From: Eledone cirrhosa
Lineage: Eukaryota
Length of the DNA: 64,000 nt
Assembly (NCBI GenBank): GCA_964016885.1
Contig: OZ024740.1
Location: 4,464,001-4,528,000 of the forward strand
Direction of reading: 5' to 3'
The position numbers and the translations under genes were made by a program. Under the pieces are notes generated by a model. The model was not told the DNA's origin. It ran no database searches and worked only from the letters and a program-made list of their open reading frames with translations. Below, piece by piece: positions 36,001 through 46,914 of this stretch; position 1 is the first letter of the stretch; each line of letters starts with the position of its first letter.

Positions 36001-39000
36001 ACTGTCACCACCACCACTACCACAATGACACTGTCACCACCACCACTACCACAATGACACTGTCACCACCACTACCACAATGACACTGTCACCACCACTA
36101 CCACAATGACACTGTCACCACCACCACTACCACACTGACACTGTTACCACCACCACTACCACAATGACACTGTCACCACCACCACTACCACACTGACACT
36201 GTCACCACCACCACTACCACAATGACACTGTCACCACCACCACTACCACAATAACACTGTCACCACCACCACTACCATAATGACTCTGTCACCACCACCA
36301 CTACCACAATGACAATCTCACCACCACCACTACCACAATGACACTGTCACCACCACCACTACCACAATGACACTGTCACCACCACCACTACCACAATGAC
36401 ACTGTCACCACCACTACCACAATGACACTGTCACCACCACTACCACAATGACACTGTCACCACCACCACTACCACACTGACAATCTCACCACCACCACTA
36501 CCACAATGACTCTGTCACCACCACCACTACCACAATGACAATCTCACCACCACCACTACCACAATGACACTGTCACCACCACCACCACTACCACAATGAC
36601 TCTGTCACCACCACCACTACCACAATGACAATCTCACCACCACCACTACCACAATGACACTGTCACCACCACCACTACCACAATGACACTGTCACCACCA
36701 CCACTACCACACTGACACTGTCACCACCACCACTACCACAATGACAATCTCACCACCACCACTACCACAATGACAATCTCACCACCACCACTACCACAAT
36801 GACACTGTCACCACCACCACTACCACAATGACACTGTCACCAACCCACTACCACAATTACACTGTCACCACCACCACCACTACCATAATGACACTGTCAC
36901 CACCACCACTACCATAATGACACTGTCACCACCACCACTACCACAATGACACTGTCACCACCACCACTACCATAATGACACTGTCACCACCACCACTACC
37001 ACAATGACACTGTCACCACCACCACTACCATAATGACACTGTCACCACCACTACTACCACAATGACACTGTCACCATCACCACTACCACAATGACACTGT
37101 CACCACCACCACTACCACAATGACACTGTCACCACCACCACTACCACAATGACACTGTCACCACCACTACCACAATGACACTGTCACCACCACTACCACA
37201 ATGACACTGTCACCACCACCACTACCACACTGACACTGTCACCACCACCACTACCACAATGACACTGTCACCACCACCACTACCACACTGACACTGTCAC
37301 CACCACCACTACCATAATGACACTGTCACCACCACCACTACCACAATAACACTGTCACCACCACCACTACCATAATGACTCTGTCACCACCACCACTACC
37401 ACAATGACAATCTCACCACCACCACTACCACAATTACACTGTCACCACCACCACTACCACAATGACACTGTCACCACCACCACTACCACAATGACACTGT
37501 CACCACCACCACTACCACAATGACACTGTCACCACCACTACCACAATGACACTGTCACCACCACTACCACAATGACACTGTCACCACCACCACTACCACA
37601 CTGACAATCTCACCACCACCACTACCACAATGACTCTGTCACCACCACCACTACCACAATGACAATCTCACCACCACCACTACCACAATGACACTGTCAC
37701 CACCACCACCACTACCACAATGACTCTGTCACCACCACCACTACCACAATGACAATCTCACCACCACCACTACCACAATGACACTGTCACCACCACCACT
37801 ACCACAATGACACTGTCACCACCACCACTACCACACTGACACTGTCACCACCACCACTACCACAATGACAATCTCACCACCACCACTACCACAATGACAA
37901 TCTCACCACCACCACTACCACAATGACACTGTCACCACCACCACTACCACAATGACACTGTCACCAACCCACTACCACAATTACACTGTCACCACCACCA
38001 CCACTACCATAATGACACTGTCACCACCACCACTACCATAATGACACTGTCACCACCACCACTACCACAATGACACTGTCACCACCACCACTACCATAAT
38101 GACACTGTCACCACCACCACTACCACAATGACACTGTCACCACCACCACTACCATAATGACACTGTCACCACCACTACTACCACAATGACACTGTCACCA
38201 TCACCACTACCACAATGACACTGTCACCACCACCATCACTACCACACTGACACTGTCACCACCACCACTACCATAATGACACTGTCACCACCACCACTAC
38301 CACAATGACACTGTGACCACCACCACTACCACAATGACACTGTCACCACCACCACTACCACAATGACACTGTCACCACCACTACCACAATGACACTGTCA
38401 CCACCACCACTACCACAATGACACTGTCACCACCACCACTACCACAATGACACTGTCACCACCACCACTACCACAATGACACTGTCACCACCACCACTAC
38501 CACAATGACACTGTCACCACCACCTCTACCACAATGACACTGTCACCACCACCACTACCACAATGACACTGTCACCACCACCACCACCACAATGACACTG
38601 TCACCACCACCACTACCATATTGACTGTGACCACCACCACTACCACAATGACACTGTCACCACCACCACTACCACAATGACACTGTCACCACCGCCACTA
38701 CCATAGTGACTGTGACCACCACCACTACCACAATGACACTGTCACCACCACCACTACCATAATGACACTGTCACCACCACCACCACCATATTGACTGTGA
38801 CCACCACCACTACCACAATGACACTGTCACCACCGCCACTACCATATTGACTGTGACCACCACCACTACCACAATGACACTGTCACCACCACCACTACCA
38901 CAATGACACTGTCACCACCACAACTACCACAATGACACTGTCACCACCATCACTACCACAATGACACTGTCACCACCACCACTACCACAATGACACTGTC

Positions 39001-39890
39001 ACCACCGCCACCACCATATTGACTGTGACCACCACCACTACCACAATGACACTGTCACCACCGCCACTACCACAATGACACTGTCACCACCATCACTACC
39101 ACAATGACACTGTCACCACCACCACTACCACAATGACACTGTCACCACCACCACTCCCACAATTACACTGTCACCACCACCACTACCACAATGACACTGT
39201 CACCACCACCACCACCATATTGACTGTCACCAACACCACTACCACAATGACACTGTCACCACCACCACTACCATATTGACTGTGACCACCACCACTACCA
39301 CAATGACACTGTCACCACCACCACTACCACAATGACACTGTCACCACCACCACTACCACAATGACACTGTCACCACCACCACTCCCACAATGACACTGTC
39401 ACCACCACCACCACCATATTGACTGTGACCACCACCACTACCACAATGACACTGTCACCACCACCACTACCACAATGACACTGTCACCACCACCTCCATA
39501 ATGACACTGTCACCACCACCACTACCACAATGACACTGTCACCACCACCACTACCACAATGACACTGTCACCACCACCACTCCCACAATGACACTGTCAC
39601 CACCACCACTACCACAATGACACTGGCACCACCACCACTCCCACAATGACACTGTCACCACCACCACTACCACAATGACACTGTCACCACCACCACTCCC
39701 ACAATGACACTGTCGCCACCACCACTCCCACAATGACAATCTCACCACCACCACTACCACAATGACACTGTCACCACCACCACCACCATATTGACTGTGA
39801 CCACCACCACTACCACAATGACACTGTCACCACCACCACTACCATATTGACTGTGACCACCACCACTCCCACAATGACACTGTCACCACC
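1..39890. repeat. 29-bp satellite array, consensus AATGACACTGTCACCACCACCACTACCAC, about 1,375 units in the window, continuing past the left edge
   Basis: TGACACTGTC recurs every 29 bp (e.g. 61, 90, 119). Variants of 26/32 bp (+/- one CAC) and 27 bp (TATTGACTGT, lacking AC) occur. Abrupt end at ...TGTCACCACC|AGAACAC (39890). Confidence 0.99.
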
Positions 39891-39962
39891 AGAACACATG
39901 GGAGGAGATTATAAAAGCAATATATAAAAGAGACAAGAAAAAAACAAGAGAAATGTACTCAC

Positions 39963-40109
39963 CTCCCATAATATTTTAAAATCCTTTTGTTCAACACGAA
40001 TTAATTCACAGAAATCACTGGTTACAACTGTGGCATGTCTGGGTTTGTCTGTGAGAACTGATTCTCCAAACGTGGTGCCAGTACCGAGAGTGCATAGTGT
40101 GACAACATC
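39963..40109 (-). CDS. RAPGEF4: Internal coding exon of an Epac (RAPGEF4/Epac2-like) cAMP-regulated Rap GEF; N-terminal cNMP-binding domain
   Basis: Minus strand reads CCTTTCTTCTGTTCTCAG|exon|GTGAGTAC; 147 nt, phase 0/0, stop-free. Translation [49 protein letters not shown] aligns without gaps to recalled human Epac2 [49 protein letters not shown]. Confidence 0.93.
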
Positions 40110-40321
40110 CTGAGAACAGAAGAAAGGTGAAGATGGTAAAACATGGAAATACTTATTTAAAAAATACTGTATGAGAGAAGAGAGAATTTAATGAGAAAAA
40201 CAAGGAATTCTTGGAATGAAGGATTAAGAATTGACTGATTATTAATAAATTAAAGTGTTACCCATCATTAAAAAGGGTAAAGACCCCCTCTGGTCATGAA
40301 TGACCATAAGGTTTGCACCTA

Positions 40322-40743
40322 CAATGGAATAGTGTACAAAAGACTGACAGATTTTAACGACAGCAACAGTTGACTGATAAAATGACAAGTTAGTCAATCA
40401 TATTGGTGGCCTCCCCACAGCCCCGGCGGACAGAATGGAGAAGGAGTTTCCCCCGGAGGACGGCAAGGGAGACGCGCTGGAAGAGCCATTACAACTCCTG
40501 TGACTCACACCTGCGGCTAACAAGCTCAGCACCTATGGTGGTGAGTAGGGAGGTAGCCCTGGGGCCGAGGACACCAGAAGTTTCCACTGCCAGGGATACA
40601 ACGGCAAATCTGTTGGAGAGTGACCGGTATTTGAGGAGTTTTGCCTCCTCAGCCCGAGTTGCAGCAGAACCTGGGTTAGTCACAGACTGCACCAGGTTGC
40701 GGCTGGAGAAAGTGTCGCTGCAAGTGGCATCCCAGATGAGGGA
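40322..40743 (-). mobile_element. 5'-truncated non-LTR retrotransposon, restriction-like endonuclease C-terminus (CRE-like clade)
   Basis: TSD TTTGCACCTA at 40312-40321 and 40744-40753. Translation SLIWDATCSDTF...AEEAKLLKY...AVETSGVLGP...QEL*WLFQRVSLAVLRG(frameshift)NSFSIL matches the WDAT / AE..K..KY / ET.G / QR.S.A..RGN pattern of CRE-type REL domains. Confidence 0.8.
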
Positions 40744-40929
40744 TTTGCACCTAGAAATTTCCCCTCCAAGGCACAGCACAAGTCTAGGCAAGGTTGTTTG
40801 TGGAAGATCAGCAATCACCCATGCATACCAGTCTCCCCTCTCCACGCCACTGATGTTGTCCAAGAGAAAGGTAATGGCTGATACAGCTTAGCACCAGTGA
40901 CATTGCAACTCATTTCTACAGCTGAGTGA

Positions 40930-43014
40930 GGAGAATAAATGGGAGAAAGAGAGTCTTCCCCACATCGATCCAATAGAGGGACCAGCAGTGTTAGTTGAAA
41001 GTAGTATAATAAGTAAGGCAATCAAAGATATGAAGACGGGTAAGGCTGGGCCTTCGGAAATAGTTGCGGAAATGCTGAAAGCTTCTGGAACGGTGGGACA
41101 CACCATGGTCACCCGGATAATAAACCAAGTCATACAGAATGGGGTCGTTCCGAAGGACTGGCGTAGCAGCATCATCATTAACTACTACAAGGATAAAGGA
41201 GATGCCCAAGATAGGGGTAACTATAGAGGCATTAAATTAATCGACCAGGTCATGTAGGTCACAGAAAAAGTAATAGCGCAACTAATCAGAGAGAGAATCG
41301 ATCTAGATGAAATGCATTTCGGGTTTGTGTCAGGCAAAAGTACCACAGACGCTCTTTTCCTTGTACGACAACTACAGGAGAAGTACCTAGCTAAAAGTAA
41401 ACCCCTATACTTAGCTTTTGTTGACTTGGAGAAAGCCTTTGACAGAGTCCCCTGCTCCATTATCTGGTGGGCTCTTAGAAAACTAGGTGTTGATGAATGG
41501 CTTGTGAGAGCTATACAAGCCATGTATAAAGAAACAGCCAGCAAGGTTAGAATTAACAATGAATATAGTGAAGAGTTTAGCGTAAAGGCTGGTGTTCATC
41601 AGGGCTCCGTCCTTAGCCCCCTCCTATTTATTATTGCCCTTCAGGCTATAACAGTGGAGTTCAAGACCGGCTGCCCATGGGAACTCATATACGCAGATGA
41701 TCTAACGCTCATAGCTGAATCAATGGCTGAACTAGAGAAGAAATTCCAAATATGGAAGCATGGCCTAGAATCAAAAAGCCTTAAAATTAACCTGTCTAAG
41801 TCTAAAGTTCTAGTTTGTAGGAAGGAAAATAGGGCACCAGTCCCATCTGGGAAATGGCCATGCTCAGTGTGGAGGAAAGGAGTAGGCAGAAATTCCATTT
41901 TATTAAATGCAAAGTATGGGTACATAATAGATGTAGTGGGATCACAGGTAAGCTAACTAAGAATATAGATTTTATATGTGGCCGGTGCTCAGGTGCAATA
42001 AGTAGCAGCAAGTGCCCACAGAATACTAGCTCATTCCATTGCACAGATGGTTCTATAGAAATAGTGGACACCTTCCGTTACCTGGGTGACAAAATCAGCA
42101 GTGGGGGAGGGTGCTCTGAAAGTACAGTAGCTAGAGTCAGAAAGGGATGGAAAAAGTTCAGACAGCTTATACCACTATTGGCCGCTAAAGGGTTCTCACT
42201 AAAAGTGAAAGGCAGGCTGTATGATGCCTGCATACGAACAGCAATGTTGCATGGCAGTGAGACCTGGGCATTGTGTGCAGAGGATATACGCAGACTGGAG
42301 AGGAACGAAGCTTGCATGCTTCGCTGGATGTGTAATAGTAATATACGTGAAAGGCAAAGCATAAATGAACTAAGGGAGAAATTAGGAATAAGAGGGATCA
42401 GATGCTGTTTACTCGAGAGAAGACTACGTTGGTATGGTCACGTGATGCGCATAAAAGACGACAGCTGTATAACAAAGTGCAGGACAATAAAAATAAATAG
42501 ACGGTAGCCACGGAGTAGGCAGACCCAGAAAAACCTGGGACGACTTGATAAAATCCGACCTCACACACTTACACCTCTCCAAGACAATGTCACTGGACCG
42601 AGATCTTTGACGCTACGCAGAAGACCCGCCTTGCCTAAGTACAAATCGAAACCTACAGTCAGTAGGCACCTCTTAACCAAAATAAACCCCGGCCCCACTA
42701 CCCCACCCCTTCCAATGTCAAGTTATGTTGGTACCACAGCATCCAGTCCAAAACAAATGAGGTCGTGTAGGTGTCACGGCAAAAAAACACACAGTCCACG
42801 CGGTAATGTGGCCGTGTAGGTAACACGGTAAAAACCTCCCAGTCCACACTGTAAACGTGGTTGGTGTTAGAAAGGGCATCCAGCTGTAGAAAACTCGCCA
42901 GACAGTCCTATGCGAGCAAGACAACCAATCTTGCCTCAAGTGGGAAAATTCCCGTCCAAATCCATGCAAGCGTGGAAGATGGACGTTAAACGCTGATGAT
43001 GATGATGATGATGA
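40930..43014 (+). mobile_element. RTE-clade LINE, 5'-truncated, degenerate RT
   Basis: RT motifs FVDLEKAFDRV, GVHQGSVLSP, YADD, FRYLG, LRWYGHV with stops and frameshifts; (GAT)n tail; TSD TGAGTGA at 40923-40929 and 43015-43021. Confidence 0.95.
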
Positions 43015-43217
43015 TGAGTGAACTGGTGGAACGTGAAATAAAGTATCTTGCAGAAGGACGTCTTGTTCATCACCCAGTTTTAGAATCAAACTCACAACCT
43101 CATCATTGCAAGCCCAACGCCCTAACCATCTAGTCATATACCTTCACATTACCCATCATATGTCAGGTAATTTTGGGAGAATACATTTGCCACTGTGGGT
43201 AACAACCAGTAGGAAAA

Positions 43218-43528
43218 TACAAAGGTCAGCTGAAATGTTCATAGGTGACCAAGATACTCTCATGGAATGACCAAATAAGGTTTATTTTTTAACATAATCT
43301 CTCCCTATTCTTCAGAATACAAGCACTGCTATAAATGGCAGCTCAATTTTCCTCACATTCTGAGGGTCGGCTGAAATGTTCATAAGCTGACCAAGATACT
43401 CTCATGGAATGACCAAATTTTTCAACATAGTCCCTGGACAGAAACAATGCAGTTGAATTTAATGCATGCAAGGTTTCACAGCTCTAGCATCACTCCTTCA
43501 AAGTTATCCTATGAACTATACCCTTGTA
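43218..43528. mobile_element. Degenerate mariner-like end fragments: one terminus duplicated (43218-43300, 43361-43433) plus an inverted terminus (~43470-43528)
   Basis: Direct repeat GGTCRGCTGAAATGTTCATARSTGACCAAGATACTCTCATGGAATGACCAAAT. The reverse complement near 43528 (TACAAGGGT...GTTCATAGG) resembles TACAAAGGT...GTTCATAGG at 43218. Confidence 0.5.
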
Positions 43529-43589
43529 TATTCCCCATGTCTTTTAGTTAGGTAATGGGTAAAATTATTAGTCAGATAAAATGTTTCAA

Positions 43590-43778
43590 CTCTCAACATT
43601 CTGAGTTCAAATAACATTTGCCACTGAGTAGCAGCAATAGCTGGGGATTTAACCCTGTGATGGATGGCATCCTGTCCAGGGGCGATGGGTCTTACACTCT
43701 CAGTCTCTTAATGCCACAGAAACCAGGATAAGCACCAGACTGATGAGCCTCAATGCTTGGGGCACACATTAGCCTTTT
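43590..43778 (+). mobile_element. Old SINE fragment(s) with a V-domain-like core
   Basis: B-box-like GAGTTCAAAT near 43603; ACCCTGTGATGGATGGCATCCTGTCCAGGGG resembles the recalled conserved V-SINE-type central motif. Confidence 0.45.
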
Positions 43779-44121
43779 TAGACATTCATTCTCCACTGGG
43801 AAACAGTAGGCAAATAAATAAAAAATTGTGTGTGTGGGGGGTATCATGACTCATACACTGTTCACTTCCCTGAGATTTGTACATTATTCTATGTACTATA
43901 AATGCACCTTTGATGAGTTGTAGTGCACCTGAACACTGTACACAATAATTTTCATTATCATTATATTCTAAAAAAAATAATATAAGACAAAAGAAGTAAA
44001 TATACAAGTAAATAGATGTATAAATAAACAGCTGCAATTGGCTCAAATGATTTATAACATTATTTATCTTGAAACACTAGCAATAGAGCAGTAAAGGTAA
44101 GAAAATAATGAAATGTATATT

Positions 44122-44155
<34 letters not shown>

Positions 44156-44158
<3 letters not shown>

Positions 44159-45012
44159 GGTGCGGACGATATCTGTCTAGGAAAAAATAACACAGTAGTT
44201 TTATTTTTTAAGATTTATTTATCAAACTTGGGTCAGTTTGTCTTCAAGACTTGTTCTTTTGATCTCACTCGATAAACCCGTCATTGGCTTTGATGACGGC
44301 TTCAAGGTGGCCTCGGAACCCGGCTACAGGCCTTCGTCACTGACCCCCGACTTAGACCCCTAAAGGCACTTGTGATCCTGGCCTTCAGATCGTCTTTCGT
44401 ATTGTAGCTAGATCTGTTGGTGTCTCGTTCCACTGCGCCCCACACAAAGAAGTCGAGGGGGTTGCAGTCAGGCGAGCTGGGAGGCCAGATGTCAGGTGAA
44501 GTGTGGTCGACGAAGTTCTCTGACAGCCAGGCTTGGGTCTTTCGGCTGGTATGGCAGGGCGCTGACTCTTGCTGCCACACGTACGGCCTACCTGCAGCTA
44601 CCTGGTCGATCCAGGGCTTTACTACCTCGCTCAGAATGCGGATGTAGCCATCGGTGTTCAGCTTGAGGTGGCATGACTTCACCTTGACTGCTGACGACAC
44701 CTAAGACCAATGTTATCGCTGGAAACTTTGTCTGCATGACTCTGGGCACGTCTTTGGATGAGACAACAAGCTACCTGTTGTTCTGGGAGTTGATCTTCTG
44801 GTCTTATTTGTCCTCCCGGCGCGTATTCCAAGAAGAACTCCGTGTCTCTTCCACAAATTTGGAGGTTCAAAATTATTCATAATCAATTATTCTGAAAATA
44901 AATAATGGAAATATAGTCACTGTTTTTATGAAGACAAGAGTGACAATGGAAGTAAAAAAATGTGCATAAAATTAGCAGTTGAAAATTGCGAACAAATATC
45001 GTCCGCACCCTG
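44156..45012 (-). mobile_element. Internally deleted Tc1/mariner transposon, DD37D (maT) type
   Basis: TIRs CA(C/G)GGTGCGGACGATAT flanked by TA. The remnant WQQ(E)SAPCH...WPPSSPDCNPLDFFVWG has 37 residues between the second (mutated to E) and third catalytic positions. The N-terminal region is missing. Confidence 0.9.
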
Positions 45013-45074
45013 TATATGCGTATGTATGTATGTGTGTGTGTATATGTGTATGTCTGTATATGTGTGAGTGTGTA

Positions 45075-45245
45075 TCATCATCATCAATCATCATTTTACG
45101 TCCGCTCTTCCGCTCTTCCGCTCTTCCCTGCTTGCAAGGGTGGGACGGGTCTTATTCAGAACAGCATCTCTCCACTTGTCACGGTCCTTCATCATCTCCA
45201 CCGTGAGCTTCAGCGATCTGAGGTCTGTTCTCACCATCTCCGCCC

Positions 45246-45249
<4 letters not shown>
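45075..45249 (-). mobile_element. Short 3' fragment of an RTE LINE (same subfamily as 57659-61566)
   Basis: Close match to 57659-57805 (TTCCCTGCTTGCAAGGGTGGGACGGGTC...); (GAT)n tail on the minus strand. Confidence 0.88.
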
Positions 45250-45284
<35 letters not shown>

Positions 45285-45285
<1 letters not shown>

Positions 45286-45419
45286 TGTTTAATATAGAAA
45301 TGGTTTCTACAGGTCTAGAACTGTTTCATTTAAAAAAATCACCAGGAAAGAGCTTTCCTGATGACTCTTTTTGAATGAAACAGTTCTAGTCCTGTAGAAG
45401 CCATGTATATATTAAACAT
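45285..45419. repeat. Imperfect palindrome (~66-bp arms, 2-nt loop) next to (TA)n
   Basis: ATGTTTAATATA...CTAGAACTGTTTCATT...CAGGAAAG pairs with CTTTCCTG...AATGAAACAGTTCTAG...TATATTAAACAT. Confidence 0.9.
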
Positions 45420-45595
45420 ACTAATGTATTAAGTACCTTACTAACTGGGGTTACACCAATTTGAACCCAGGACTCACACACACACACTTATCAAAATAAT
45501 AGAGGAGAAGGATCTATGATATAATATATTAGATGCTTTTAGCCAAAACCTTTTTCTCTGCTGAGTCTTATAAGTGTATCTCTACGGTAGAATAT

Positions 45596-46564
45596 ATAAT
45601 AATAATAATGAAAATATTGTGTACAGTGCTCAGGTGCACTACAACTCATCAAAAGTGTATGTATAGTACATAGGGTAATGTACAAACGTCAGGAAAATGA
45701 ACAGTGCATGAGTCATGATATACACATGTGTGCATGTGTATGGAAGGGGGACATCAGGTGTAGTTTTGGCGAATTTCGGGAAGCATGAGGGTTTTAAAGG
45801 ATGCAGTGCCTCAACAGCTAACAACTGATGCAAGTAGTTTGTTCCATGCTTCAGCAACTCTAAGCGTGAAAAAATGTTTACGAAAGTCATGGGAGCTGTG
45901 CTGTTTTCTGACTTTGTAGGCATGTCCACGTGTGTTAGACACATGGAGATCAAAAAGGTGCTCAGGGTTGTTATTGGCAAGATGGTTAATAATTTTGTGG
46001 GTGTTTACCAAGTCCATTGCCAGACGTCGGAGCTTCAATGAATCCATGCCCAGGGAAGCAAGGCATTCAGAGTATGGTAGGTGTCTGATGGAGGGTATGC
46101 GCTTGGTTTCACGTCTCTGAACAGTTTCCAGGAGGTCAATGTTCTGAGCAAGATAGGGGTTCCAGACTGATGATGCGAATTCCAAGTGTGGTCGTACCAT
46201 AGCTGTATACAGCTTTAAATAGATGGCTGGAGAGCGGCTGACAAAGGTCTTGCTGAATGATGCTAAGACACCCTTGGCCTTCTTGACAATTTTAGAGAAG
46301 TGCTTTGTCCAACGCAAATCACTGCTGACAGTAATGCCCAGGTCACGTTCACAAGAGGACTTCTTGATATCAGTGTTGTGGAGAGAGTATGTGGACGCTG
46401 GATTTTTCCTCCCAAAATGCATGGTGGTACACTTGTCCACAGCCAGCTTCAGTTGCCAGTCTGTGATCCATTGCTGCATTGTGTCCAGGTCTGATTGTAG
46501 GAAAGAGTTGTAGATTTCAGGATCTGTCCTTTTGTTTTCAAGGTACAGGTTGATGTCATCTGCA
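45596..46564 (-). mobile_element. CR1-clade LINE, 5'-truncated at the catalytic ADD motif
   Basis: ADDINLY at the truncation, then ERDLGI, LYTAMVRPHLEFASSVWNP, LETVQRR, NTRGH, FFTLRVAEAWNKL; (ATT)n tail at ~45596-45609. Confidence 0.9.
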
Positions 46565-46701
46565 CATATCAGTATATATATATGTCTACCTATTGTATTG
46601 TAAATGTACTTGGAGATGAAACAGTGTAAGAAGTATATTTTGTTTTTAAAAGTCTTGCTTTCTCCTCCATATACTTCTGATTATATATATTATATTATAT
46701 A

Positions 46702-46770
<69 letters not shown>

Positions 46771-46774
<4 letters not shown>

Positions 46775-46863
46775 CAAGTTATCAATAATGTAGTGATAAT
46801 ATATCGTCACGTTCATCTCTAACGTGACGATATATTATCACTACATTATTGATAACTTGAAAT
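46771..46863. repeat. Perfect hairpin (43-bp arms, 7-nt loop) at the 5' end of the Penelope-like element
   Basis: 46771-46813 is the exact reverse complement of 46821-46863; loop CATCTCT. Confidence 0.95.
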
Positions 46864-46914
46864 TTTAATAATCTCCTATACAGTTGAGCAACTAATTAAG
46901 CATACGTCTCTAAA

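Larger units (their letters stand above)
40269..43148 (-). mobile_element. tRNA-derived SINE split into three pieces (40269-40321, 40744-40929, 43015-43148) by two younger insertions
   Basis: 11-bp TSD TTACCCATCAT at 40258-40268 and 43149-43159. The minus-strand head has degenerate A box (TGACTAGATGG) and B box (AGTTTGATTCT). The pieces rejoin into a sequence I recognise as an abundant octopus SINE. Confidence 0.85.

Noticed and set aside
39551-39760. 69-aa ORF; mucin-like or His/Thr-rich coding of the satellite
   Set aside because: The unit is not a multiple of 3 and contains stops on both strands; the ORF arises from a few variant units.
1-39890. CRISPR array or telomeric repeat
   Set aside because: Units are head-to-tail with no unique spacers, there are no cas genes, the context is eukaryotic, and the 29-bp unit is not a telomere motif.
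40403-40891. 162-aa plus-strand ORF and the N-terminus of the 124-aa minus ORF
   Set aside because: Antisense shadow of the CRE-like fragment, and read-through from SINE sequence.
43060-43148. tRNA gene
   Set aside because: Only degenerate A/B boxes as a SINE head; no cloverleaf.
43719-43750. GAAAC...CTGATGAG as a permuted hammerhead
   Set aside because: I could not form the required helices or a cleavage triplet; it lies within a SINE remnant.
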